In this document: in pieces, positions 9,032-16,174 of the stretch | How the letters are laid out: each line of letters opens with the position of its first letter | Position numbering within the stretch: the stretch's first letter is position 1 | IMG/VR virus record: IMGVR_UViG_3300045962_000005 | Location: 1-60,770 of that record | Reading direction: 5' to 3' (one strand) | DNA length: 60,770 bases | Source: a virus | Taxonomy: Duplodnaviria; Caudoviricetes | The notes under the pieces: generated by a model | What the model was told of the DNA's origin: nothing | The model's input: the letters and a program-made list of their open reading frames with translations, nothing else | Database searches by the model: none | Program-made: the position numbers and the translations under genes

Positions 9032-9202
9032 CTACGTCACCTTGCTCGTCCTCTCCTGCTCCAACCGCCGTTTTACCAACCCCATCGCCTTACGCCTGTT
9101 AGCCAGACAGTCAACGCAACGAATTTTACGGAACCCCACTTTAACTATCCTGCTCACTGGCTTTTTAGACTGACAGCTAGGACATACCTTAGTCTCTTCC
9201 AT
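9032..9202 (-). CDS. Zn-ribbon hypothetical protein
   Basis: Start moved to ATG 9202 (AGGAG SD). CPSC...CVDC. Confidence 0.55.
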   Translation of the reverse strand: MEETKVCPSCQSKKPVSRIVKVGFRKIRCVDCLANRRKAMGLVKRRLEQERTSKVT

Positions 9203-10070
9203 GCATCTGCTCCTGCAAATAATAGTGCCGGTACTGTATCCAGCTATTAAATTTACCAGAACCAAAGGTTAAATCTCTATTAATCCTCGTAACCCCTTGG
9301 GGCCAATGTCTGGGCATGATGTATTTTGATGCATTCGCTATTTTTGAACCTATCGGTTTCGCCTGATGGTCAAGCGGTGATAAATGCTGTGGCTTCGCTT
9401 CGGTTAACCGTTTGTATAATTTTACATCTTCTTCTATAGTTGGTTCTTTTCCATCATGTAGTTTATATGATGTTCGTGCGCAACGAGCAACAGATATCTG
9501 TAGCGCATAGTCCTGACACATAGGAGTATTTACATAAGGTAAGTGCCACTCGTATTCTTTTAGTTCTGTTGGTCTGGATTTTAAAAGAGCATGTTTAATT
9601 TCTGATGCAAGTGCGTAGATATTCGGATCAGCATCTTTGTGGTATCTTAATGATAAAAAATAATCCCATTCTTCTTTAGTTGCAGTCATTATTTTTGTCT
9701 GCATCATAAACGGCTCCAGATACCGGTTCAGGTGCTGCTTATGAATACTAAAGTTTTTATCCAGATAAGCGACATTTTCTGTCGTTTTATCATAGATTTC
9801 TAATAGTGACATTTTAATGTCTACCAGTTCTTTTTGGGAGTAACCTTCAAACCCTTGCATACCTTTTTCATTTTTACGTATATCGTTGGGTAAATATGGT
9901 TTTTGCACTAAAGTTTTTTTGAGTGGAATTGCTCTGCTGGAAGAACTATTACTGGCTACCATGCAGTGTTTTTCTATTTCGCCATCTAGAAATTTTGGAG
10001 CTTTTGTTTCTATTGATATAAGTTCATTTCCTTCAAACGAACTGTGTTTGATTATTTTTGCAGCTATCAT
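9189..10070 (-). CDS. thyX: Flavin-dependent thymidylate synthase-like protein
   Basis: 293 aa. Phage ThyX-type motifs SSRAIP, HKQHLNRYLEPF, FLSLR...A, SVARCARTSY and HLSPLDHQA; the RHR motif reads KHC. Confidence 0.75.
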   Translation of the reverse strand: MIAAKIIKHSSFEGNELISIETKAPKFLDGEIEKHCMVASNSSSSRAIPLKKTLVQKPYLPNDIRKNEKGMQGFEGYSQKELVDIKMSLLEIYDKTTENVAYLDKNFSIHKQHLNRYLEPFMMQTKIMTATKEEWDYFLSLRYHKDADPNIYALASEIKHALLKSRPTELKEYEWHLPYVNTPMCQDYALQISVARCARTSYKLHDGKEPTIEEDVKLYKRLTEAKPQHLSPLDHQAKPIGSKIANASKYIMPRHWPQGVTRINRDLTFGSGKFNSWIQYRHYYLQEQMHGRD

Positions 10071-10570
10071 TTTTCTTTTTCCGCTTCGTACGTTACAAAC
10101 TTATCAGGTTTCGCTTCTTCTGCTGACGTATCTATTTTATCCGTTGGCAGTTTCTTGGTATCAATATTAGAAAGCCCTGACAGGTCAATATTAACAACAA
10201 ACCCGCTTCCTGCAGTTTTAACGTCCGTCTGCTGTTTGTTTATCCCCGCCATATCGCCTAGTTGTTTGCATCCTTGCACAACAACATTCGCAGGCGTTTC
10301 CGGGTCGTGTATTAATCGGTGCAGGCGTGGTATGGAATCTTCTAAGGCAATAGCGCTTTTCAGTCGCACTCCTTCGTGGTCACGTTCTAGCTCAGCACGA
10401 TACGCTCTTACCATCTGCTTAAAGTTTTCATTTTTTAGCAGCAGCTTCAGCGTTTCTTCTGTAATGTTGAGTTTGGCAATCAGTTCCGGTACGGACAGAC
10501 CCATACCCAGATGGTTTCTAGCCAGCTCCAGAGCTATGACATTTTCATCATTATTCAGCTGTTGTAGCAT
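10067..10570 (-). CDS. terS: Terminase small subunit (putative)
   Basis: Start moved to ATG 10570. Helical HTH-like N-terminus and GFVVNIDL C-terminal strand; upstream of terL in the same operon. Confidence 0.6.
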   Translation of the reverse strand: MLQQLNNDENVIALELARNHLGMGLSVPELIAKLNITEETLKLLLKNENFKQMVRAYRAELERDHEGVRLKSAIALEDSIPRLHRLIHDPETPANVVVQGCKQLGDMAGINKQQTDVKTAGSGFVVNIDLSGLSNIDTKKLPTDKIDTSAEEAKPDKFVTYEAEKEK

Positions 10571-10721
10571 TTTCCCTACCCTTCTGAAATTTAACAAACT
10601 TGTTTATAAGAATTCGCATTAGAGCAGAGGTCGATACTCCCCTGCGTTTGGCAAATTGCTGTAGATAATCATAATCTTTAGGTTCTACATAAAAATTTCT
10701 GCGGTTTAATTTGGTTGACAC
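10551..10721 (-). CDS. Ribbon-helix-helix (Arc/CopG/MetJ-like) DNA-binding protein, 56 aa
   Basis: Not in the ORF track. GTG start with AGGAG SD at 10728-10732. MSTKLNRRNFYVEPKDYDYLQQFAKRRGVSTSALMRILINKFV shows the RHH strand-helix-G-x-S-x-S-helix pattern. Confidence 0.75.
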   Translation of the reverse strand: MSTKLNRRNFYVEPKDYDYLQQFAKRRGVSTSALMRILINKFVKFQKGRENATTAE

Positions 10722-10746
10722 TTTTTTCTCCTAGGCTCGTTACGAA

Positions 10747-10767
10747 TGATGTATTAAGTATACATCA
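10747..10767. promoter_or_regulatory. Putative operator, inverted repeat TGATGTAT-N5-ATACATCA
   Basis: Perfect 8-bp inverted repeat overlapping the -10 and start site of the leftward promoter. Confidence 0.55.
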
Positions 10768-10784
10768 CTTTTATAATATAGCAA
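10757..10784 (-). promoter_or_regulatory. Leftward sigma70-type promoter
   Basis: TTGCTA-16 bp-TATACT just upstream of the RHH gene SD. Confidence 0.6.
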
Positions 10785-10944
10785 GAAAAAATATAAAATG
10801 GTGTCAGTAAAGGGCTAAGACGTCTGTCGAAAAGATGAAACTCCGCTATCAGCGAAGGGTGTATACATCACTATGAAAAGTTACGGTTGCGATGAGGGCG
10901 ATACGCTACTATCACCCATAGGGTGCCGATGGTGCCCATACCCC

Positions 10945-10973
10945 TTGACTGTATGCCTACGTTGTGAGATAAT
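10945..10973 (+). promoter_or_regulatory. Early sigma70-type promoter
   Basis: TTGACT-17 bp-GATAAT with TG extension. Confidence 0.7.
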
Positions 10974-11034
10974 ATGTTTACTGATTAGGACATGGGGTCT
11001 TAATCAGATATTTACTTAACTGAGGGATCAGAAC

Positions 11035-11475
11035 ATGAATATCAGAGAAACGATATTAAAAGAAATCGACCGCAACTGCAATAGAGTTGCGTCTTTAAAT
11101 AACGAAATTAAAGCTTGGACTGTCGTAAATGTAGACGCATACCAAGCGCTCATGGACGAGTTTACGGCTGTTGCCGATGAATTGAAAGCAAGCGGGCTGG
11201 TCACATGGACGTACGTCCACTTGTCTATGACAGGTACACCGACAATAGTCCTATCGGCAGATATAGATAAGTCAAGATTCAATGAAGTGGTGGACGTAGT
11301 AACTGAATTAGACCAGTATAGTGGTCGCTTCTCCAATTCATTCGAGCTGGCAGGGATACCAGTGAGATTCAGAATAGAGGCACCTGTTCCACAAGAGGAC
11401 GTTGATTTCCTTGAATCACTGGGTAAAGTCAAGACAATAACGGAAACACGTAAAGTAATGACCTGTAGTATTTAA
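11035..11475 (+). CDS. Early hypothetical protein
   Basis: 146 aa, GAGGG SD, downstream of a promoter. Confidence 0.7.
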   Translation: MNIRETILKEIDRNCNRVASLNNEIKAWTVVNVDAYQALMDEFTAVADELKASGLVTWTYVHLSMTGTPTIVLSADIDKSRFNEVVDVVTELDQYSGRFSNSFELAGIPVRFRIEAPVPQEDVDFLESLGKVKTITETRKVMTCSI

Positions 11476-11515
11476 TCCCTCAGAGGTGAGGCGCCCCGGC
11501 GCCGAGCCTCGCCCT

Positions 11516-11535
11516 TACTATCATAACTACTATCA
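11516..11535 (+). repeat. TACTATCATAACTACTATCA, copy 1 of 3
   Basis: Exact 20-mer also at 12521 and 12565. Confidence 0.9.
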
Positions 11536-11554
11536 CCGCCGTATGCCATAGGCC

Positions 11555-11582
11555 TTGCAATAGTGTGTGGATGCGGTATAAT
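11555..11582 (+). promoter_or_regulatory. Early sigma70-type promoter
   Basis: TTGCAA-16 bp-TATAAT. Confidence 0.65.
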
Positions 11583-11612
11583 GGGCACATGTCATCGCAC
11601 AAGGCGATGCAC

Positions 11613-11628
11613 TTCTAACCGGTTAGAA
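11613..11628. repeat. 16-bp dyad, copy 1 (TTCTAACCGGTTAGAA)
   Basis: Perfect palindrome, central variant. Confidence 0.9.
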
Positions 11629-11670
11629 CCTGTTAGAGGATATTTATTTATATGTATGGAGATACAGACA

Positions 11671-12453
11671 ATGGAAACATTAAACGACGCAAAACAAAAA
11701 GAGCTGGTAAAATTAATCAAGAGCGTAGATTCAAAGGAAAGTTCAGCAGTGAACGCCGCCGATAAAGTCGCAGATTTTCTGATTACCGAAGTTTACGACG
11801 CAACAAGACCAGCAGTGAAAGAAGCGGATTTTATTATGTCGTTCGCTAAGTCACTCTCAGACGATAACAAGATAGTCTTGAAATACAGTAAAAATGTCTG
11901 GTCAAAGATCAAACATCAAGTCAGTATCGCGGTACTTATTCAGGCAAAGCCAAACGCAGTAGTGGATTTTACCATCAACGAGCGCGGCAAGTCTAAGACT
12001 TTCACCATGACGCCGGAAGAATTAAAAACCGCTGGAGTTAAGCAAAAAGCGGCTGCAGCTGCACAGATAAGAAAAGAACTGGGCACCAGCGACGGCAGAG
12101 CCGGAAACAAAAGAGCGCCCCAAACACCGGCGGCACCAGTAACACCGGATACCATCAAGACACCGGCGGCAACTGAAACAACAAAGAAAACCACCGGCAG
12201 GCGTCAACCTAAAAACTATGAGATGCAAGTTAAAGATGCGCTATTGTTGGTAGGCGACGCCGACGAGTTCATTGACGCGCTCGTAGTGTACAGGGATAAG
12301 ATAAAATCGGCGGCTAATCGTAGAGGATACATAATCACCATAGCTGAAAAGAGCGCTGTCGTAAAGGCCCAGAAGAAAGCACCGGCTAAGAAAACAACCA
12401 CTAGACGAGCACCAAGAAAGCCGGTTGCACCAGCGCCATCAGCAAGCGCGTAG
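11671..12453 (+). CDS. Early protein with basic Lys/Ala/Pro-rich tail (possible DNA-binding)
   Basis: Start moved to ATG 11671 (GGAG SD), 260 aa. C-terminus KKAPAKKTTTRRAPRKP. Confidence 0.7.
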   Translation: METLNDAKQKELVKLIKSVDSKESSAVNAADKVADFLITEVYDATRPAVKEADFIMSFAKSLSDDNKIVLKYSKNVWSKIKHQVSIAVLIQAKPNAVVDFTINERGKSKTFTMTPEELKTAGVKQKAAAAAQIRKELGTSDGRAGNKRAPQTPAAPVTPDTIKTPAATETTKKTTGRRQPKNYEMQVKDALLLVGDADEFIDALVVYRDKIKSAANRRGYIITIAEKSAVVKAQKKAPAKKTTTRRAPRKPVAPAPSASA

Positions 12454-12469
12454 TTCTAACGCGTTAGAA
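12454..12469. repeat. 16-bp dyad, copy 2 (TTCTAACGCGTTAGAA)
   Basis: Immediately after the stop codon; extends to 18 bp with a G..C pair. Confidence 0.95.
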
Positions 12470-12474
12470 CCTCG

Positions 12475-12502
12475 AAGCCTCGCAGAAATGCGAGGCTTTT
12501 TT
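12475..12502 (+). terminator. Rho-independent terminator
   Basis: AAGCCTCGCA-GAAA-TGCGAGGCTT followed by a T-run. Confidence 0.85.
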
Positions 12503-12520
12503 GTGCCTGAAAAAAGGCAC

Positions 12521-12584
12521 TACTATCATAACTACTATCATAGCGCCGTGTGTCACGGCCCCATTACTATCATAACTACTATCA
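12521..12584 (+). repeat. TACTATCATAACTACTATCA, copies 2 and 3
   Basis: Exact 20-mers at 12521-12540 and 12565-12584. Confidence 0.9.
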
Positions 12585-12610
12585 TGCCGCGCCGTGCTGC
12601 GATAGGCAAT

Positions 12611-12626
12611 TTCTAACGCGTTAGAA
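12611..12626. repeat. 16-bp dyad, copy 3
   Basis: Exact TTCTAACGCGTTAGAA. Confidence 0.95.
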
Positions 12627-12660
12627 CCGGCACAGTATGCCGTGCAGTCGTGTGAAAAAT

Positions 12661-13350
12661 GTCCAAAGCGAAAGTTTCGTAATTTAGCTATCTATTTTAG
12701 TATACACAACGTTGTGTGATGTATGCCTCCCTATCTATTTGTACAAGGCTACATAAAAACAGTGGACGCGCGTCCACTAATTATGTATGGCGTCGTGTAA
12801 CTGGACGTATGAAAATGGGGTAAAAGTGGTGTATGTGTATACTCCAGAGTATACTCCAGAGTATACATCATAGCCCTCTATGTATTTGTACATGGCTGTA
12901 TAGAAAAAGTGGGTTTCTGTCCACTAAGGTGGACGCAAGGTGGACGGAAAACGCCGAAATTGTACCGCAAACGCCTTGTGAAATTCCTTTAAAATCAGTG
13001 TTGTGTCACTTTTTGCGTCCACAGCGTCCACATACGCAATGGGATAAGCATATGAAATATATATATATATTAGTAGTAGCGTCCACCGTGGACGCAAAAA
13101 AAAAATCTACAAAGGGTCAAAATTTCAGATCGAGTAAGGAAGATCCCTACTCGTTTTTAAAAAAAAACCCAGCTCTACCCTGAAAATTGCGTCCATCTGT
13201 CCACAAATGCCTCAAAGCCAAGCCCAGCAAGGCCTACAGGCTGGACAGAACTTTTTTATTTGCGTCCACTAGTCTGGACGCTCGTCCACCTTTTTTACAC
13301 AGCCTTGTACAAATACACACAGGGGGAGTATACTACAGAGTATACACACC
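12661..13350. other. Putative replication origin (iteron-like repeat region)
   Basis: 17 GTCCA/TGGAC pentamers (12 full GTCCAC/GTGGAC) on both strands, (AT)n core near 13058-13070, A-tracts and long imperfect inverted flanks. Confidence 0.6.
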
Positions 13351-13369
13351 TAGACTCTCTCATCCTAGC

Positions 13370-13397
13370 TTGACATAGTGTTTAAAGAGCGTATAAT
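13370..13397 (+). promoter_or_regulatory. Early sigma70 promoter with consensus boxes
   Basis: TTGACA-16 bp-TATAAT. Confidence 0.8.
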
Positions 13398-13495
13398 GGT
13401 AAGTGAGATGTGGGAGATTGCATTCACTGAAGGACAAAATCTCATTTCTTAAATGTGCGTATTTATTACATGCCTATTTATATGCACGCTTATAG

Positions 13496-13511
13496 TTCTA
13501 ACGCGTTAGAA
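13496..13511. repeat. 16-bp dyad, copy 4
   Basis: Exact copy, in the leader of the gene at 13541. Confidence 0.95.
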
Positions 13512-13540
13512 ATTAACTTAACCTTAACAGGATATTTATT

Positions 13541-14014
13541 ATGGAACAACTACCCATAGACGAAAGGCCCAAGTACCTGTCAATAGCACTGACCACTGGG
13601 CAGAATAATTTTTTGCATACAGTCAATGCGAACTCGTTTACTTTCCTGAAGCACAGAGGGGTAACCTTTGCGTTGACAGAACGTAACTATTATTTCGACA
13701 CCAATAACAGCAAGCCACGCTACACCACCATGAAAACAACCAACTGTAGCTGGGATAAGAATTATGCTATCTATATACTAGTGCCTGAATACGACGTGTT
13801 TATACACGTGTCTACTGTATCAGTAGACAATGAGACAGAATACGAGCAGGTAACTGAAGCACTGGACGGAGCGCGAATGACTTATGCCAGTACATCTGAG
13901 CGGGCGATAGCGGGATTTATGCAAACTCTGCACTGGCTGGACGGCAGTAAGCCATTCACTAAGCCAAACACAGGCTATGATGTCGTATCACGCGCCAATG
14001 GCGCCAAATATTAA
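13541..14014 (+). CDS. Early hypothetical protein
   Basis: 157 aa, AGGA SD. Confidence 0.7.
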   Translation: MEQLPIDERPKYLSIALTTGQNNFLHTVNANSFTFLKHRGVTFALTERNYYFDTNNSKPRYTTMKTTNCSWDKNYAIYILVPEYDVFIHVSTVSVDNETEYEQVTEALDGARMTYASTSERAIAGFMQTLHWLDGSKPFTKPNTGYDVVSRANGAKY

Positions 14015-14024
14015 GGAGAAAAAA

Positions 14025-14477
14025 ATGAAAGTCATATTAAATAAATGCTACGGCGGGTATACATTATCGCATGATGCCAAAATGGAACTACTGAAAGTTA
14101 AACATACAGGGGCATACCCATATGTATGCTCATCAAACTACGATGGGAAAACAATTACATTGTTAGATATGCCATACAACAGTGAAAATGCAACCTATGG
14201 GCTGGATATTGTATATATGGAAGGGCCAATTGAAGAAACGCCGTGCGTTATGCACGAAGATGATTTTATGCAGGAAGCAAAAACAGCCAATGACATATTT
14301 TCGAGTACCGAAAGAGATGATCCTGATTTAGTTGCCGTAGTAGAAAGGCTGGGCGAACGGGCATCAGGTTCGTGTTCTAAATTGGTTGTCGTGGATATAG
14401 ACGATGATATACAAGACTACGAGATATCAGAGTACGACGGGTTTGAAACACTTCACGAAAAACATCGTAAGTGGTAA
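14025..14477 (+). CDS. Conserved phage hypothetical protein
   Basis: Start moved to ATG 14025 (AAGGAG SD). MKVILNKCYGGY...RDDPDLVAVVERLG...EYDG.E is a common phage early-protein pattern. Confidence 0.75.
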   Translation: MKVILNKCYGGYTLSHDAKMELLKVKHTGAYPYVCSSNYDGKTITLLDMPYNSENATYGLDIVYMEGPIEETPCVMHEDDFMQEAKTANDIFSSTERDDPDLVAVVERLGERASGSCSKLVVVDIDDDIQDYEISEYDGFETLHEKHRKW

Positions 14478-14572
14478 GAGTACTGAGCACGGCTACCAGA
14501 AGGTAAGCCGTAACTGCAATACATTAGTGCTGCTAACACTATGAATTATAAAACTAAACAGAGGACAAAGCA

Positions 14573-14806
14573 ATGCTACAGGAGCAAAATAATAAATTAA
14601 AACGTGCAAAAAGACTTGAGCGTAATAAAATAGAGCGTAGCAAGTCGCACGAAATTAAGAACAAGACGCACGCACGTCGTCCAGAGCAGTTCACTATGTC
14701 AGTGAAGGAATACGACATAGACTATTATGCAGAACATATTGATGCATATACCGATGGTGACGATTGGCGTACCTATATATTATACGCAGACGGGAGAACA
14801 GCCTAA
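14573..14806 (+). CDS. Small protein with basic N-terminus and acidic C-terminus
   Basis: 77 aa, GAGGA SD. Confidence 0.6.
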   Translation: MLQEQNNKLKRAKRLERNKIERSKSHEIKNKTHARRPEQFTMSVKEYDIDYYAEHIDAYTDGDDWRTYILYADGRTA

Positions 14807-14830
14807 TTACGTACGACAAAAGGAACTATT

Positions 14831-14859
14831 TTGACATACGCCTCACGGCGTGAGATAAT
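14831..14859 (+). promoter_or_regulatory. Early sigma70-type promoter
   Basis: TTGACA-17 bp-GATAAT with TG extension. Confidence 0.75.
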
Positions 14860-14899
14860 AGTAGAAATAGGGGCACTCCCCTAAACACTGCGTCGGGTA

Positions 14900-14915
14900 T
14901 TCTAACGCGTTAGAA
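14900..14915. repeat. 16-bp dyad, copy 5
   Basis: Exact copy; extends with an A..T pair; nested inside a CTGCGTCG/CGACGCAG stem. Confidence 0.95.
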
Positions 14916-14965
14916 TCTACACCAACTACTTCGACGCAGATATTTATTAATGACAGGAGAAAATT

Positions 14966-15985
14966 ATGTCACAGACACAACCACAACATACACCACTCGT
15001 ATCATCCACCATGGCGAAGGCTGATACATTGATTACAAGCGCACGGAATACCTTTTACCGGGCGAAGATAACTTTTACGATGCCACCACGCACTAAGAAA
15101 GACCGCAAGGCAGAGGCTGATGCGGAATCTATAAATAATGCCTATGGTGCCATCAAAGCGTCGCGTAACCTGTATGCTGCGCAGTTCATTAAACCGTTCG
15201 AGTCTATTGCCAGTAAGTGGCGTAAGCGTATTGCCTCGTTCGCGGTACTCATCGGTGAAGACCAGTGTATACACAAGGAATACATCATGCAGGTCATGGA
15301 GGAATATCAGGACGAGTGCCTACCGGAGTGGAACCACCAGAAAGTCATATTCGGCAATCACTACGCGGAAATACTCAGGCAGTCACAGCATGAACAGGGT
15401 GATTTGTTCGACCCGACGATTTATCCTGATGTAGCACAGGTAATAGACCAGTTCACTTGCACACTGGACATACGACCACTTGGCACGGTTCAGACAGAAA
15501 TGTTTGACGGGCTGGAAACAGCGATAGCTGATGAGGTAGCAGAGTCCATGAAAGCGACGATTATGCGCGATATAGAGAACTCACTGCGCAAGCCTGTAGA
15601 GACGCTAATGGAGAACCTGATGAACGTGCATCAGAAATTATCCAAGAGTATTAATACGCCGGAAGGGGTTAAGGCAACACCGCTGTACGAATCGTTGATG
15701 CTGAACTTAGAGGATATTGCCAATATGATGCCAGCACTGAACGTTACAAATAGTGCGTTTCTCAATGACATCGCGGCGAAGGCACGCAGGCTGATTGTAC
15801 CGATAGAAACGTTGCGGGTAAGCCAGACCGCTAGGGAGGAAACAGCGGAGAAGGCTGAGGCACTGCTGACTGAACTCAATGTGAATACGGACAATAATAA
15901 AAATGCCAACGACATTAAGGACAGGCGGGAGGCAGCCAAGGCGTCGGCTGAGGCTATACTGGCACAAATGAAGGGAATGTTCTAG
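14966..15985 (+). CDS. DUF3150-like helical protein
   Basis: 339 aa. The KKDRKA...G...ASRNL and LFDPTIYP patterns resemble proteins found next to phage AAA/VWA pairs. Confidence 0.55.
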   Translation: MSQTQPQHTPLVSSTMAKADTLITSARNTFYRAKITFTMPPRTKKDRKAEADAESINNAYGAIKASRNLYAAQFIKPFESIASKWRKRIASFAVLIGEDQCIHKEYIMQVMEEYQDECLPEWNHQKVIFGNHYAEILRQSQHEQGDLFDPTIYPDVAQVIDQFTCTLDIRPLGTVQTEMFDGLETAIADEVAESMKATIMRDIENSLRKPVETLMENLMNVHQKLSKSINTPEGVKATPLYESLMLNLEDIANMMPALNVTNSAFLNDIAAKARRLIVPIETLRVSQTAREETAEKAEALLTELNVNTDNNKNANDIKDRREAAKASAEAILAQMKGMF

Positions 15986-15993
15986 GAAGTTCT

Positions 15994-16021
15994 TTGACAT
16001 TATGCCCATGTGATGTATAAT
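15994..16021 (+). promoter_or_regulatory. Early sigma70 promoter with consensus boxes
   Basis: TTGACA-16 bp-TATAAT. Confidence 0.8.
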
Positions 16022-16129
16022 ATTACATAGATGGGTAACCATTTCCGTTGAGGTGTGAACACGCTCACTCCCCCTTGCCATATTTCTCACAGGTTACCAA
16101 TGCCAGTGGTAACCACTCAACGGCACAAC

Positions 16130-16145
16130 TTCTAACTCGTTAGAA
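16130..16145. repeat. 16-bp dyad, copy 6 (TTCTAACTCGTTAGAA)
   Basis: One central mismatch; extends with a C..G pair. Confidence 0.9.
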
Positions 16146-16174
16146 GATATTTATTAACAGCTCAGGAGGAAACC

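Noticed and set aside
10044-10622. 192-aa + strand ORF and the many other antisense ORFs in the track
   Set aside because: They are shadows of well-supported genes on the opposite strand and lack SD sequences or recognisable motifs.
10818-10825. Perfect Met box AGACGTCT
   Set aside because: Single copy; MetJ needs tandem boxes, and one given 8-mer is expected by chance in 60 kb.
12833-13378. ORFs of 116 and 63 aa in the repeat region
   Set aside because: No convincing SD, and their translations simply mirror the DNA repeats; treated as non-coding.
16030-16125. Possible tRNA
   Set aside because: Stems are present but there is no T-loop GTTC motif or cloverleaf geometry; kept only as a structured leader.
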